Below are positions 19,153-31,713 of a stretch of 64,000 nucleotides of DNA, piece after piece. This DNA comes from Porphyridium purpureum (lineage: Eukaryota): the NCBI GenBank assembly GCA_008690995.1, contig VRMN01000005.1, positions 930,001 to 994,000 on the forward strand, written 5' to 3'. The notes beneath the pieces are model-generated. The model made no database searches. It worked only from the letters and a program-made list of their open reading frames with translations, and had not been told where the DNA came from. Position 1 is the stretch's first letter, and each line of letters opens with the position of its first letter. The translations under genes were made by a program, and so were the position numbers.

Positions 19153-21390
19153 ATGGCGGCTGCGCGGCGCGCGGCTGTCACTTCGAATGATGTAGTGGCA
19201 GATCGATTCTTTGAGCTGGACGCGAGGTGCCTCCGCGTATTTTCGGACGCTTCGTCGGAGGACGCCGAGTTTATTGTGGAGCCTGGCGACTTTGTGCGTA
19301 TCACGGCCTGTGCCAACGCAGGGCCAGAGCCTTTTGTGGCACAGGTTTTTCGATTTGAACCACGTGGTGAGCGCATGCATGTTCGCTACGCATTCCGCGC
19401 AGACGAATGTCGCCACGTGCCTCCGTTCGCCACGGCGCATTGTGAGCTGCTCTTGTCGGACCACCTGGACATTCTTGACGTAAGCACTGTCAAGGATAAG
19501 GTGCACGTGGTGAGCTACCAGCGCTACTTGGCAGAGAAACAGACAACGCCGGCGAATGAGCCACTGTTCTTTATTCGACGCGCCTATTCCCAGTTCGACG
19601 GCGTGTTTGTGGACCTGGATGACGCGCAAGCCCAAATCGACGGATTCCACATCCTCACAGATGCAGGCGCAACGCACGCCGAGCCTTGGCGCGAAGGCGC
19701 AGGCGATGTCAACATCAGCGACTGGGAAAGCGACGGTGATGTACCGAGCGAGGAACAGCAGGACGATGACGACGAGGAGTTTGATGTGGACCAAATGCAA
19801 CGACAGGAAAGAAGGCAAGCATCACGCCGTGGCGCACGAGGCCCGAGAGCTGCGTCTATGCGGCTCAGTAACCAGTTTGTCCTGCCGAACACCCCTGCGC
19901 CAAACCATCAAAAGCATCGGGTGCTCCAGTGCCGCGAGCAGGAGAAGGAGCGTCTGCGTGAGTTTGTCCGGGGCGCGATCGGTGTGGTGGGCAAAAAGAG
20001 TGCAACCACCAACAACATCCCGCCGTCGCCATGCCTGTACATCTCAGGTGTGCCTGGCACGGGCAAAACTGCGACCTTGCATGAAGTCTTGCGTGAGTTT
20101 GAAAGTCAGCGCACGTCTGGCGCGTGCAACGCATTTCGGGTAGTTGAAATCAACGGAATGACGATTCCAAGACCCGAGCACGCGTACGTGATGATCTATC
20201 AAACGCTCCTCGGTGCGAATCACAGCAGCCGTAGCGCGGCGATCGATGTCAGCGCAGCCTTTGCCAAGGAAACGTTGTCGAAGCACTTTGCACGCTCCGC
20301 CAAGCGCGCACCTGCGGCGCAGAGAACGCGCTGCGACTCTATCATTGTGGTTCTGGACGAGATGGATGCGCTCGTGGCACGACGTGAAGATCTTTTGTAC
20401 AATGTAGTGAACTGGACGATTCAGCCACATTCGCACATGTCTGTGATCGGCATCGCGAATACAATGGACTTGCCTGAGCGTTTCTTGACGCGCATCGGTT
20501 CTCGATTCGGGCTGGCGCGGCTCACGTACCCACCGTACACCAAAGATCAGCTCACCCTCATTCTCGCTCAAGAGGTCGCGCAGATCTGTGCGCGGCTGTT
20601 GAGCGCGTCTGGTCTGCCGGACCACTCTTCGTTGGTCTTTGACTCTGCCTCCATCCAGCTGTGCGCGGGAAAGGTTGCTGTGATTAGTGGTGATGCTCGA
20701 CGCGCGTTTGAAATGTGTCGGGCCGCTGCTCGGCGAGCAGTGGATGAATGGTTCGAATCGGAATCGGCGGCGCCAACTCAAGCACTCGAACCTCGGCGTA
20801 AGCGTCCAAAGCGTGGCGCGGTTCAAAAAGCCGATGAACAGGACCGTCAAAGAACGGTGGAAATTCGCGTGATGCCAAGGCATGTGAACGAAGCGGCTGA
20901 AGCCGCAGCGCATGCCGGTCAGTTCGCCATCTTGCAGTCATTATCGCAGCTACAGCAGCTCACGCTGTGCGCTGCTGCGAGCCTCCAGCTCAAGGAAGGC
21001 CAATTTTCAGGCGGCGTGACGCTCCAGAGCCTTGAACACAAGTGCAGGCAAATCGCTTCTCGTACCTTCCTGCCAGCGCTGACCGGCGTTAAGGCAGCTG
21101 AAGCCAGTACTGCCTCGGCGACAGGGCTGCATCACTCTGAAAATGCCCACGAGAAGGTTGAGCGCGCCGAAATTTACGAGGCCATCGCGACGCTACTCGC
21201 CATGCGCATTCTCCTGCTCGACAACTCTAAGCACTACCACTACCACCACCGCGGCACGTCGGAGAATGCGGCTTCTGCCGAGTCGCGCGTCAGTCTCAAT
21301 GTCCAATTCGACGACGTGCTGTTTGCGCTCGGCATGAGCAACCCACTCGCGCTGTGGCTTTCATCACTGGTCACGGTGAGGCAGTCTTAA
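19153..21390 (+). CDS. ORC1: Origin recognition complex subunit 1
   Basis: N-terminal BAH-like region, then LQCREQE, Walker A CLYISGVPGTGKTAT, VEINGM, Walker B VVLDEMD, IGIANTMDLPER and SGDARRAFEMC. Confidence 0.92.
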   Translation: MAAARRAAVTSNDVVADRFFELDARCLRVFSDASSEDAEFIVEPGDFVRITACANAGPEPFVAQVFRFEPRGERMHVRYAFRADECRHVPPFATAHCELLLSDHLDILDVSTVKDKVHVVSYQRYLAEKQTTPANEPLFFIRRAYSQFDGVFVDLDDAQAQIDGFHILTDAGATHAEPWREGAGDVNISDWESDGDVPSEEQQDDDDEEFDVDQMQRQERRQASRRGARGPRAASMRLSNQFVLPNTPAPNHQKHRVLQCREQEKERLREFVRGAIGVVGKKSATTNNIPPSPCLYISGVPGTGKTATLHEVLREFESQRTSGACNAFRVVEINGMTIPRPEHAYVMIYQTLLGANHSSRSAAIDVSAAFAKETLSKHFARSAKRAPAAQRTRCDSIIVVLDEMDALVARREDLLYNVVNWTIQPHSHMSVIGIANTMDLPERFLTRIGSRFGLARLTYPPYTKDQLTLILAQEVAQICARLLSASGLPDHSSLVFDSASIQLCAGKVAVISGDARRAFEMCRAAARRAVDEWFESESAAPTQALEPRRKRPKRGAVQKADEQDRQRTVEIRVMPRHVNEAAEAAAHAGQFAILQSLSQLQQLTLCAAASLQLKEGQFSGGVTLQSLEHKCRQIASRTFLPALTGVKAAEASTASATGLHHSENAHEKVERAEIYEAIATLLAMRILLLDNSKHYHYHHRGTSENAASAESRVSLNVQFDDVLFALGMSNPLALWLSSLVTVRQS

Positions 21391-21498
21391 ACAACAAGAC
21401 TCGTCCACGAACTTTTGCGTCGGAATACTTTCTGTAATAAAGGGCCAAAGAACTCAACTTTTGCGTCGGCACGAGGCACAGAAGAACAGTGTTCCATC

Positions 21499-22575
21499 AT
21501 GGACGCGTCCGTGTGCTTCTGCGGTACCCCGTTGGTGGTAGCGCGGCAAACGCGGCAATGCCAAAGCTCGCGGGTTTGCGCGCGAAGCGCGGGTACGGCA
21601 CCGCGCATGCAGCTTACCGAAGTGCCGCCACCGGCAAACCGCAAGCGAGGCAGACCGAAGAAGCGGCCGTTTGGTTACGTCGAGCCGGATCGAGTCCGCA
21701 CAGGGATTGCCGAGGTGGGGCCCGTGGAGCGGCCGGTTACCGAGCGCTACTTGGTCGTGCCGGACTCTGAGTTTAGCTTTCGTGACAGAGACCCGTTGGA
21801 CCAAATGGGCCTGCCAGACAAGTCGTACGCGTCCGCGGTGTGGACGCAGAATGTTAACCATAACATGCTCTGGCAGACTCAGTTGTTTGCCGAGAGGCAG
21901 CAGGCCGTGCTGCTGATGGTGCACGGGTTTCACACCTCTGGCAAAAGCGAAGTAGTTCACAAGCTCAGTTCTGGCTTTGAGCCGGGAGGATTTGCGAGCC
22001 ATGCATGGAAGGAGCCAAGTGTGCGCGAGTCTGACTACAACTTTCTGTGGCGCTATCATAGGCGCGTGCCGCGCAAAGGTCACGTGGCACTGTGGGTACG
22101 CTCGTGGTACGAGGATGTCGCGACAGCGGTCCTCCAGGACCAAGTGTCTGCGCACGAGGCCGACAATCGAATGTATCAGATTATGGAGCTTGAGCACATG
22201 CTCTCCTTGCAAGGCATCAAGGTGGTGAAGCTTTACTTGCAGATCTCGGACGTAGTGGCGTTCCAGCGACTCGAAGAGACGACCGTCGTGCCGCGCGGCA
22301 TGTGGCGCGTGTCGCGGCGCGACTTTGAAGACAAGGCACGTTTTAATGAGTATATGAAGCGATGGGAACACGTGATCCGCACCACTAGCATGGATGCTGC
22401 GCCTTGGTACATTGTACCTTCGAGTATCAAATGGGTGCGAAACACAGTCGCATCGCAGATTCTTCGAGATACGTTTTCGTCGATGAACCCGCAGATTCCT
22501 CCCGAAAAGATAGCAAGTCTGCTTCAGACACAGCTCGAACCGCAGCGCGACACGCTGACCTTTCAAACGATGTGA
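21499..22575 (+). CDS. Polyphosphate kinase 2 (PPK2) family protein with a plastid-transit-peptide-like N-terminus
   Basis: GFHTSGKS, WKEPS, NFLWRYHRRVPRKGH, RSWYEDV, VVKLYLQIS and TSMDAAPWYIVPS..KWVRN follow bacterial class III-like PPK2. Confidence 0.85.
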   Translation: MDASVCFCGTPLVVARQTRQCQSSRVCARSAGTAPRMQLTEVPPPANRKRGRPKKRPFGYVEPDRVRTGIAEVGPVERPVTERYLVVPDSEFSFRDRDPLDQMGLPDKSYASAVWTQNVNHNMLWQTQLFAERQQAVLLMVHGFHTSGKSEVVHKLSSGFEPGGFASHAWKEPSVRESDYNFLWRYHRRVPRKGHVALWVRSWYEDVATAVLQDQVSAHEADNRMYQIMELEHMLSLQGIKVVKLYLQISDVVAFQRLEETTVVPRGMWRVSRRDFEDKARFNEYMKRWEHVIRTTSMDAAPWYIVPSSIKWVRNTVASQILRDTFSSMNPQIPPEKIASLLQTQLEPQRDTLTFQTM

Positions 22576-22690
22576 CAAAAACCCAAACCTGTAAACTCTT
22601 CGTCATCTGCACCAGTCTACTTTACATCTTGCCTTTAGGGACTCTTTCGCCGCGTGAGCTTTTATTATACTTTAAGAGCGTTCCACCTTT

Positions 22691-24340
<1,650 letters not shown>

Positions 24341-25985
24341 CTACATCACTCTCCACGCGCCGCCCCACACCCACACCACTACTCGACCAACATGCCCCTC
24401 CAACCGCGACAAACGCGCTCGCACCCATCGCTGCCTGCCTGTCTCGGTGCACCTCTCCTCCCTCCTCGCCCCTCACACACCGTGCCGACCTGCGCCACTC
24501 ACGTCCACCACCACGCAAGCGGCCACACTCCACCGCGCACATCCCCGACCACCAACCTCCCTCCACCTGCGAGATTGCATTCCGTGTACAGCGGACATTC
24601 ATTGGACGACGACACACAGCGTAAGACATGCCCGCGTCGACGTGCGTGACGCTTGGAACAGACGCTTGGCGCAGTGGCGCGCGGAATGTACCGTGTGGCA
24701 CGACGTCGTGCAAAGGTCGCGTCCCGTGCACGACGCGCTGGAACTGTGTGCCGCAGAGTTGCGCCCGGTTGGAACAGCGGTGGTGTTTGTCCGGCTCGCG
24801 TGAGTCTTGCCCGCGCTACGGTTTGTTGTGTGCGGCTGACCCGGCGTGTCGCAGTGAGGAGAAGATGTGGTGATAGCCGCGGGAAGGCAGCCCTCGGCTA
24901 GGAAGAGAAAGTATGATTGAAACAAAATTGGGAATGCGAATGTCACCGCGAAGGAAACGTTTCCATTTGAATGGGAACGGGAGCGAGCATGTATAAGAGA
25001 GGTCGCGTTTGTGACGAATCATTTCTCCTAGCGGACGCAGAGCCAGCGAATGTTGCGAGCTGTGTCGTCGAGTGGCTTTTCCTGCGACCTTCTTTTCTCT
25101 CATCCTTTGTTGCCTGCTGTGTCTGCAAATATGACATGGCCCGCTGGGTCAAGTAGGCCCCCGTCTGCTTTCCATGACCACAGCTCCTGCCCGGGAAAGC
25201 AAGGCGCAAAAAGAAGTGACACTGGAAGTCAGTCTGACTTTTTCTGATTTACAATTTTCTAGAGACCCTTGACTGTCAATACTCTCCAAAGCCTTCCAGT
25301 CCAGCCTTACCGGTCGACGGGCGAGTGCCTTTCTTTACCGGAAGATCAGCGTCCGCTTCAGTCAACAACTTTCTGATGGTCGCAGGCGCTGCCCATTCTT
25401 CGCGCTCGCGCTGTTGATCCGTTTAAACCTCTATTGAGAAAAATCATGTTCACCAAATGAACAGATTCCATTGATTTTGTCTTTCACGGCGCCCGTGCAG
25501 GCTCCCTCTCTTTCCCGCGAGCGTGTCTTTCCTCGATTCGCCGCGATCATGGTGGCCACCTTTCATCACCGGCGTCCGCCTTTTTCCTTGCGCCGGCCCG
25601 CCTGATTCCACGCACATGCGACCGGCACATTCGCATCTCGTCTATCAGAGCGACATCCACGGCGACTTTGCGAACATCGCACGGCGCCTTTGTGTGCACG
25701 TGTGCCTGGTGACTGCGCACCACGGCGCGCGCTCGCTCGCATCTTCCACGTGCACTGGGGCTACTGCTCAACTTCTCATCCGCAGCTCACCGATCGCGGA
25801 CCAGCGTAGCGCACGCTGTTCTCACGCGAGTTCATCTCCCACGCACCGCTTGAAATATCTTGTCGCGCGCACAGCAGATGGCTGAAATGGTTCGCAACGG
25901 TTTATGCCCGGGCATAACGGCTTGTGAACGTGAGGTCAGACGATACAGCGAGGAGGGCTGCGGTGGGAGACGGGCGTGCGCTGCG

Positions 25986-28469
25986 ATGAAGAAAGTATCC
26001 CTGTCTGCGGTGGAGCTAGCGGCTTTCCAGGCGCTGCAGCTGGAACGCTCGCCTGCGCACGGAGCCGCTGGAGCGGCTGGAGGAGGTGGAGGCGCAGGAG
26101 GCGGCGGTGCTGGCGGCGTGTCGTTCGCACAGGCGTACGCCAAGTATGTCGCCGAAGGGCAGGGCGTGATCGACCGAGATGCCGAGCTCAGGCCAGAGGC
26201 TAATCCGGCGTATCAGGAGCAGCGCTACTCCTCCGCAGACTGCGCGAGCAGCACGCCCGACGACGGCGATGACGAACAGACAGAGGACTCGTCATTGGTG
26301 CGTGCGCTTGAAAATATGTACAATGACCCCGTCCGGCGGGCGCAGTTGGAAAGGCAAAACAGTAAGCACAAGAATGTCACCGAAAAGAAGAAGAGTAGTC
26401 TAGCAAATGCGCAGCAGGTCCAGGATATGGTTTCTCCAGCGGACCAAAATGCACTACACCACGTTGCGTCGCTGAAAGAGGCGATCCCAGAGCTCGTACC
26501 GATGCTGAGCGCAAAGAGCCAGGGCACAGACGCTCAGGGCAAGGACGTGCTCAGTACTAAAGGACGCAGTAAGAGCTTGTATGCGCGCGCATCGATGAGC
26601 AAGTCGCGCAGCGCAGCGCAATTCAAAGTGCCAGATCAGGCGGCAGCACGTGAAAATGACGATGGCCTACAACGGCCCACGCTTACCATGGACCAATTAG
26701 CGGAACCCAATGAACATCCCCGGGCTCTCGAAAGCGCGGATGACAAGGAGCTGTTTGCTTCGGTTGCGACACGTCTGCTTGGCCAAGAGCCCAAGTGTAG
26801 CGTGCGTGCCGAGTTTCGCATGGAGAAGCGCGTGCCGTATGGCAGCGTGCTGGTTGTGGTAGGCAGCGCACCGGCTCTTGGCAGCTGGGACCGCTTCAAC
26901 GCGCTTAGGCTCAAGTGGCACGCGGACGATGTCTGGAGCCAAAGTGTGGATGTCGGCGTTGGCGAGGCGCGCGAGCTTGTGCTCGAATATAAGTACGTGA
27001 TCCGGCCCGCAAACGACAAGCAAGCGCTTGACAAGGAGACGTGGACATGGGAACCAGGGCCCAATCATGTCGTCTGTGTGGCGGACACTCTGTCAGGCAT
27101 TACGTGCCACGACAAGTGGGACATGGAGCGCAGAAGCTCTGTGAAGAAGGGCGTCTTGCTCGGCGCAAGCTCAGCAATGAGCCCCGCCGCGCTGTACAAG
27201 GACAACCCGGACCGCATCAACCCGTTTTCTCGCGAATCATCCACGGCCCTGCTCAGCAGACAGCCGTTCGAGAAGGGCACGGTGCGCTTCTCTGTGAACT
27301 ACAAGACATCATACGGTGACAACGTGTACGTGTGTGGCAGTGTGCCCGAACTGGGTCAGTGGAATAAGCAGAAAGCTAAGCGCATGCAGTTTGTGAAGGG
27401 ATCGACCGACACGTGGCGCCTAGATGTTGCCATTCCAGCGTCGACATTGCAGTTCGAGTACAAGTACTTTGTGTGGAAGGCACAAGGCGAGCGGCAGTGG
27501 GAGGTCGGTTTCAACACAAATCGACTGTGTATGCCATGGCTCAAGCAAGTGCGAGCGAATCAGAGCGACATGTCCGCTTCTTTATTGGATGCCGGGCGAA
27601 AGTTGTCATCCGAGGCAGGGAGCGCTGTGATGGCTTGCATGAATGATCGATGGGAATCGCACAAGGTTGTTTTCAGCATCTACTACCCGACAAAGCCCAA
27701 CGAGGCCATGTGCGTGACAGGCGATTTAGCTGAGATTGGCGGGTGGTTCATGCCAGGGCCCGTCGCGATGCATCTAGGAGAGCCGGAAATACTCGAGACG
27801 GACGTGATTGGACGGAAATGGTACCTTGAGATCTACTTGCCGTACACGACACGGAAGTTTGAGTATCGCTATGTGATCATGAACTCACTCGACGGGTCCG
27901 CGGTGTGGGAGCGCGAGCCAAATCGTCGCGCGGATCTCGATAGCCACGGGGTGACAATCAACTCGACCGTGCAGCTCAAAGATGTGAACTTTGTGGGTGG
28001 CATGCAGTTCGACTATGTACCCGACAATCTGTTTATCGGGCCCTATCCTCAATCTCGGGAGGACATTGCTCAGCTCAAGGAAGCAGGCGTGACTGCGGTG
28101 ATCAACACGCAGACCGATGAGGACTTTCGGCACCGCCAGATCGAATGGTCAAAGCTTGTCGCGTGGTATCAGGAGTTGGGCGTCCTCATCGTCCGCGTAC
28201 CCATCCAAGACTTTAATCGTGAAAGTTTGCGACAACACCTGCACGATGCGGCTACGAAGATGCGAGAGCTCATTGACGCCGGCCACCAGGTGTTTGTGCA
28301 CTGCACGGCGGGTATGGGTCGCGCACCAGCGGTGGCTGTCGCGTACTTGTGCTTCCAAAGAGGATGGCAATTGCAGCATGCTGTGGACCACGTCAAGTAC
28401 CACCGCACCGTTGCGGCGCCGAATGTCCCGTTGATTCAGGAGATGATCGACCAGCGCAACGGAAAATGA
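25986..28469 (+). CDS. Laforin-like glucan phosphatase: three CBM20 domains plus dual-specificity phosphatase
   Basis: Three CBM20 signatures (VVGSAPALGSW..EYKY..WEPGPN; VCGSVPELGQW..EYKY..WEVG; VTGDLAEIGGW..EYRY..WEREPN) precede the DSP motif VHCTAGMGRAP. The start could be 25878 or 25986. Confidence 0.9.
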   Translation: MKKVSLSAVELAAFQALQLERSPAHGAAGAAGGGGGAGGGGAGGVSFAQAYAKYVAEGQGVIDRDAELRPEANPAYQEQRYSSADCASSTPDDGDDEQTEDSSLVRALENMYNDPVRRAQLERQNSKHKNVTEKKKSSLANAQQVQDMVSPADQNALHHVASLKEAIPELVPMLSAKSQGTDAQGKDVLSTKGRSKSLYARASMSKSRSAAQFKVPDQAAARENDDGLQRPTLTMDQLAEPNEHPRALESADDKELFASVATRLLGQEPKCSVRAEFRMEKRVPYGSVLVVVGSAPALGSWDRFNALRLKWHADDVWSQSVDVGVGEARELVLEYKYVIRPANDKQALDKETWTWEPGPNHVVCVADTLSGITCHDKWDMERRSSVKKGVLLGASSAMSPAALYKDNPDRINPFSRESSTALLSRQPFEKGTVRFSVNYKTSYGDNVYVCGSVPELGQWNKQKAKRMQFVKGSTDTWRLDVAIPASTLQFEYKYFVWKAQGERQWEVGFNTNRLCMPWLKQVRANQSDMSASLLDAGRKLSSEAGSAVMACMNDRWESHKVVFSIYYPTKPNEAMCVTGDLAEIGGWFMPGPVAMHLGEPEILETDVIGRKWYLEIYLPYTTRKFEYRYVIMNSLDGSAVWEREPNRRADLDSHGVTINSTVQLKDVNFVGGMQFDYVPDNLFIGPYPQSREDIAQLKEAGVTAVINTQTDEDFRHRQIEWSKLVAWYQELGVLIVRVPIQDFNRESLRQHLHDAATKMRELIDAGHQVFVHCTAGMGRAPAVAVAYLCFQRGWQLQHAVDHVKYHRTVAAPNVPLIQEMIDQRNGK

Positions 28470-28644
28470 GCTTTGTGATGTTCCGCCCGTGAGATCAAGC
28501 AGATGTGGAGTGCCGCTGTGTATAATGAAGAAGGCCCATTGCGGTGCCAACGTGATGTGGCGTTGGAGCTGGCCAAGAACGGAGAGATGACATATAAAAT
28601 AATCCAAACGAAGAAGAATAGAGAATCTTTACACTTCAAGCTTG

Positions 28645-29577
28645 TCACTTTGCGTGGCTGGATAGGTGGTCTTTGATGCGATCCACAAACCTTCCAGCCT
28701 TGACGCTCAATTCTGTATCCGGCTCCTCATAATGTGCAATTGGCGTGAGGCACACATCGGCCGCGCGCTGCTCGAGCCTTTTCAAGCGCTCAACATTGGT
28801 GCTATCGGCCATAACGCGCTCCCACACCGCCACGCTGCCATCAACTACCGAAAGAAAGGTCGTCGTTCCCGGTTTGGTTTCGAGCCGATACACGCCCTTG
28901 ATGTCCAGCTGCGAATTCGCGAAAAGCTCGCGATGCCACGGGTAAACCTCGTCCTGCATGTAAGCCTCGATATCTTGGGGGCTCGACGCGGAGCGAACCG
29001 ACAGCATGAAACCTAATCTTGTCGCTCCGCGCTTCCTTGCCTGCGCAAGGCACTCATTGAACGCCGTGAGTGTGCCCGAAACTGGCGTTGACATGTCGGG
29101 AATCGCCGCGGTGTGCTCGTTGTTCACGGCTTCCTGAAGTTGCGGAACCCTGGTCGTCTGCCTCTGTCCCAGCAAGCGAAGCAGCTGTTGCACAGAGTCG
29201 CCCTCCGCACTATCGCTGGTATTCCAGTGCGCAGCGGACTTGGCCTCGTAAATCTTGCGCGTCGTGTAATCGGTCACCTTGCTTGTGCCAAATGCGTGCT
29301 GGTCGTGGACAATCAGCATGTAGCTCGAGTCCAACTCGTCGATCATGTCTGCCAGCGCCGCAATGTCTTCCGCGCGCGCCTCAAACAGCGCGAGCCCGCC
29401 GATGCTGTTGCCGCGCGGCCCTGGCGTGGGTTCCACGAACCGCGCAAACCAGAGACACACGCCCTTTACTGTGCGCCCAAGTAGCACGTGAACGCCTTTA
29501 ATATCCTGTACGCCGGCCGACACGCCGACCAGCGCCAGCGACCGCGCATTGGACTCAGCGCCGCTGCCGCTGTCCAT
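28645..29577 (-). CDS. Hypothetical protein, possibly with degenerate BLUF-like (ferredoxin-fold) domains
   Basis: 310-aa ORF that fills the gap between two known genes. The similarity to BLUF is weak and pattern-level only (see findings). Confidence 0.6.
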   Translation of the reverse strand: MDSGSGAESNARSLALVGVSAGVQDIKGVHVLLGRTVKGVCLWFARFVEPTPGPRGNSIGGLALFEARAEDIAALADMIDELDSSYMLIVHDQHAFGTSKVTDYTTRKIYEAKSAAHWNTSDSAEGDSVQQLLRLLGQRQTTRVPQLQEAVNNEHTAAIPDMSTPVSGTLTAFNECLAQARKRGATRLGFMLSVRSASSPQDIEAYMQDEVYPWHRELFANSQLDIKGVYRLETKPGTTTFLSVVDGSVAVWERVMADSTNVERLKRLEQRAADVCLTPIAHYEEPDTELSVKAGRFVDRIKDHLSSHAK

Positions 29578-29730
29578 CAAACGTTCACTGCTGCCAAACT
29601 CTGCCCGCACGCGGGATTGTTGTCCGCCACATGCACCGGCCAGTGGCGGCGACAGTTGGAGATGTGCACGGCCGTGATGATGGGTGGCTTGCTGAAGGTG
29701 TGGTCGCCAACTGCGTGAGTCCGGTTGTGG

Positions 29731-31638
29731 ATGCGGCGAGCCACCGTGTGTCGTAAGGCTCTGTTAGTGCTGCGTTCTAGACGATCCCGATCGAGGCGCG
29801 TTGATGCTGGTAGTGGGTGGGCAGGCGGGGCAAGGACCATGTCTGGATCGGTGCGAGACGCTCGAGCCGCGGACGGGAAAGAGTATGTCGAAATTCGAGA
29901 AGGACGTGCGGTGGCACGGTATCCTAAAGGTGAGGTGTTTTATAACCCAGTTCAGGTAGTGAACCGAGACTTGAGTGTTTTGGTGTTACGGCACTACACC
30001 GCCATGCGAGCGGCCGAGGAGGCGCGTCCCTTGTCGTCGCCAGAGGGACTTTCCTGCCTCGAGGCTCTGGCGGCATCTGGATTGCGCTCCGTTAGGTACG
30101 CGAAGGAAGTGCCGCGACTGCAGCGCATAGTGGTAAATGATGTGGACGAAAGCGCAGTGCAGGCAATCCGCGCAAATTTGGACCTGAACGGGCTGCACGA
30201 CGGCGAGCGCGTACGGATAAGCCATGCGGACGCAAACGAAGCCGCCAGACTCGGTGTTTCTAGTAGTATTAGTTCGGGCCCGTTTGAACCTTTCGACATA
30301 ATCGACCTCGATCCGTACGGCTCGTGCGCGCCCTTTCTGGCTTCTGCCGTCCGATACGTGTCGCGCGGTGGTCTCCTTTGTGTCACGTCTACGGACAAGC
30401 CCGTGCTTTGTGGTAACAACATTGGAACGGCTTTTGTGCGATACGGTGGCATTGCGGCCAAAGGTGCGACATGCCACGAGACGGCAGTGCGGCTGGTCAT
30501 GTACGCGCTCCAGATGGAGGCCGTCAAGCTGGGCCGCGTCGTCGAGCCGCTGCTTTGCGTTTCGATCGATTTCTATGTGCGCTGCTTTGTGCGCGTGCGT
30601 GAGAGCAAACGTGACGCACAACGCATTCCGCTGCGGTGCGGGTTGGTGTACACGTGCGTCACGTGCAACACCTCACACGTGCAACCCATGGCGAGCGAAA
30701 CTGCCGGTCCAGACAACGAATCTGCAGACACCGAGAAACTCCTTCCCATTAAGAGTTCTCGCAGCGTGTTGCCAGGCCCCGTGTGCGACCAGTGCGGATC
30801 ACCATTCCGCATGACGGGTCCCATGTGGACCGGCGCTTTGTTCGACCGCGATTTTGTGACCGGGCTGTTGAACCGATTGCACCGTACTGACGCTGCTGGC
30901 GACAAAGCTGACGTTGATGACAATGAGAGCGATGCACATCTCAACGAAGCGCTGGGTGCAAGGTCACGCGTCGCTGCATTGCTGGGTGTTGTGCTCGATG
31001 AGCTCGACCATGTTGCCCTTTTCCATACGATGGACAATTTTGGCCGCACCCTCAGGATGCGCAACATTCCGATGAAGCGTATGCGCGCCGCGCTCGCGTC
31101 GCTCGGCTACCGCACGTCACCATCACACACGGCGCCGACCGGTTTCAAGACTGACGCGCCACCGTCTGTGGTGTGGGACGTGGTGCGCCTACACGCTGAG
31201 CAGCATCCACCAGAAAAGAAGCCCGAAAGTGGCAGCGCCGCCGAGATCATTCTCAGTAAGCAAGTATCTGATCATGTACGGGACAAGGTCGACTTTGCGT
31301 TCGTCCCCTCATGTGCGCCTCCAGCTGCTTCGGGTGCTTCAACTCACAGTCTTGCGCAAGTTCAGCCGGGAGAGGAGACTGGTGCGGCGACGCCCGCGAC
31401 GCGTGAAGTCGCAGTCAGTGGCCAGCCGCGCGGAAGCAAGAAACGCGCGCGCTTTTTGCCAAACCCGGAGAAAAACTGGGGTCCAAAAAAGGCAGCACGC
31501 GGTTCCGGGCCCCGACCGGCGGCAGCAGGAGCAAACGCTCATCCGTTCCCCTCCTCGACGTCAAATGTCGAGCAGCGCTTGGGAGATCAACCAAGCCAGC
31601 AATCGTCTTGGCTCGCATCATCATGTCGAACACAATAA
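29731..31638 (+). CDS. TRM1: tRNA (guanine26-N2)-dimethyltransferase
   Basis: VFYNPVQVVNRDLSV, LEALAASGLRSVRY, DIIDLDPYGS, GGLLCVTSTD, SIDFYVR, GPMW and SHT..GFKTDAP. In-frame ATGs at 29731 and 29839. Confidence 0.95.
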   Translation: MRRATVCRKALLVLRSRRSRSRRVDAGSGWAGGARTMSGSVRDARAADGKEYVEIREGRAVARYPKGEVFYNPVQVVNRDLSVLVLRHYTAMRAAEEARPLSSPEGLSCLEALAASGLRSVRYAKEVPRLQRIVVNDVDESAVQAIRANLDLNGLHDGERVRISHADANEAARLGVSSSISSGPFEPFDIIDLDPYGSCAPFLASAVRYVSRGGLLCVTSTDKPVLCGNNIGTAFVRYGGIAAKGATCHETAVRLVMYALQMEAVKLGRVVEPLLCVSIDFYVRCFVRVRESKRDAQRIPLRCGLVYTCVTCNTSHVQPMASETAGPDNESADTEKLLPIKSSRSVLPGPVCDQCGSPFRMTGPMWTGALFDRDFVTGLLNRLHRTDAAGDKADVDDNESDAHLNEALGARSRVAALLGVVLDELDHVALFHTMDNFGRTLRMRNIPMKRMRAALASLGYRTSPSHTAPTGFKTDAPPSVVWDVVRLHAEQHPPEKKPESGSAAEIILSKQVSDHVRDKVDFAFVPSCAPPAASGASTHSLAQVQPGEETGAATPATREVAVSGQPRGSKKRARFLPNPEKNWGPKKAARGSGPRPAAAGANAHPFPSSTSNVEQRLGDQPSQQSSWLASSCRTQ

Positions 31639-31713
31639 AAGGATCCAATACCTGCAAGGCGCAGGGCATGTTCACGAACGTTCGGTACTTTCGCGGCATA
31701 GGACGCGAACGAC

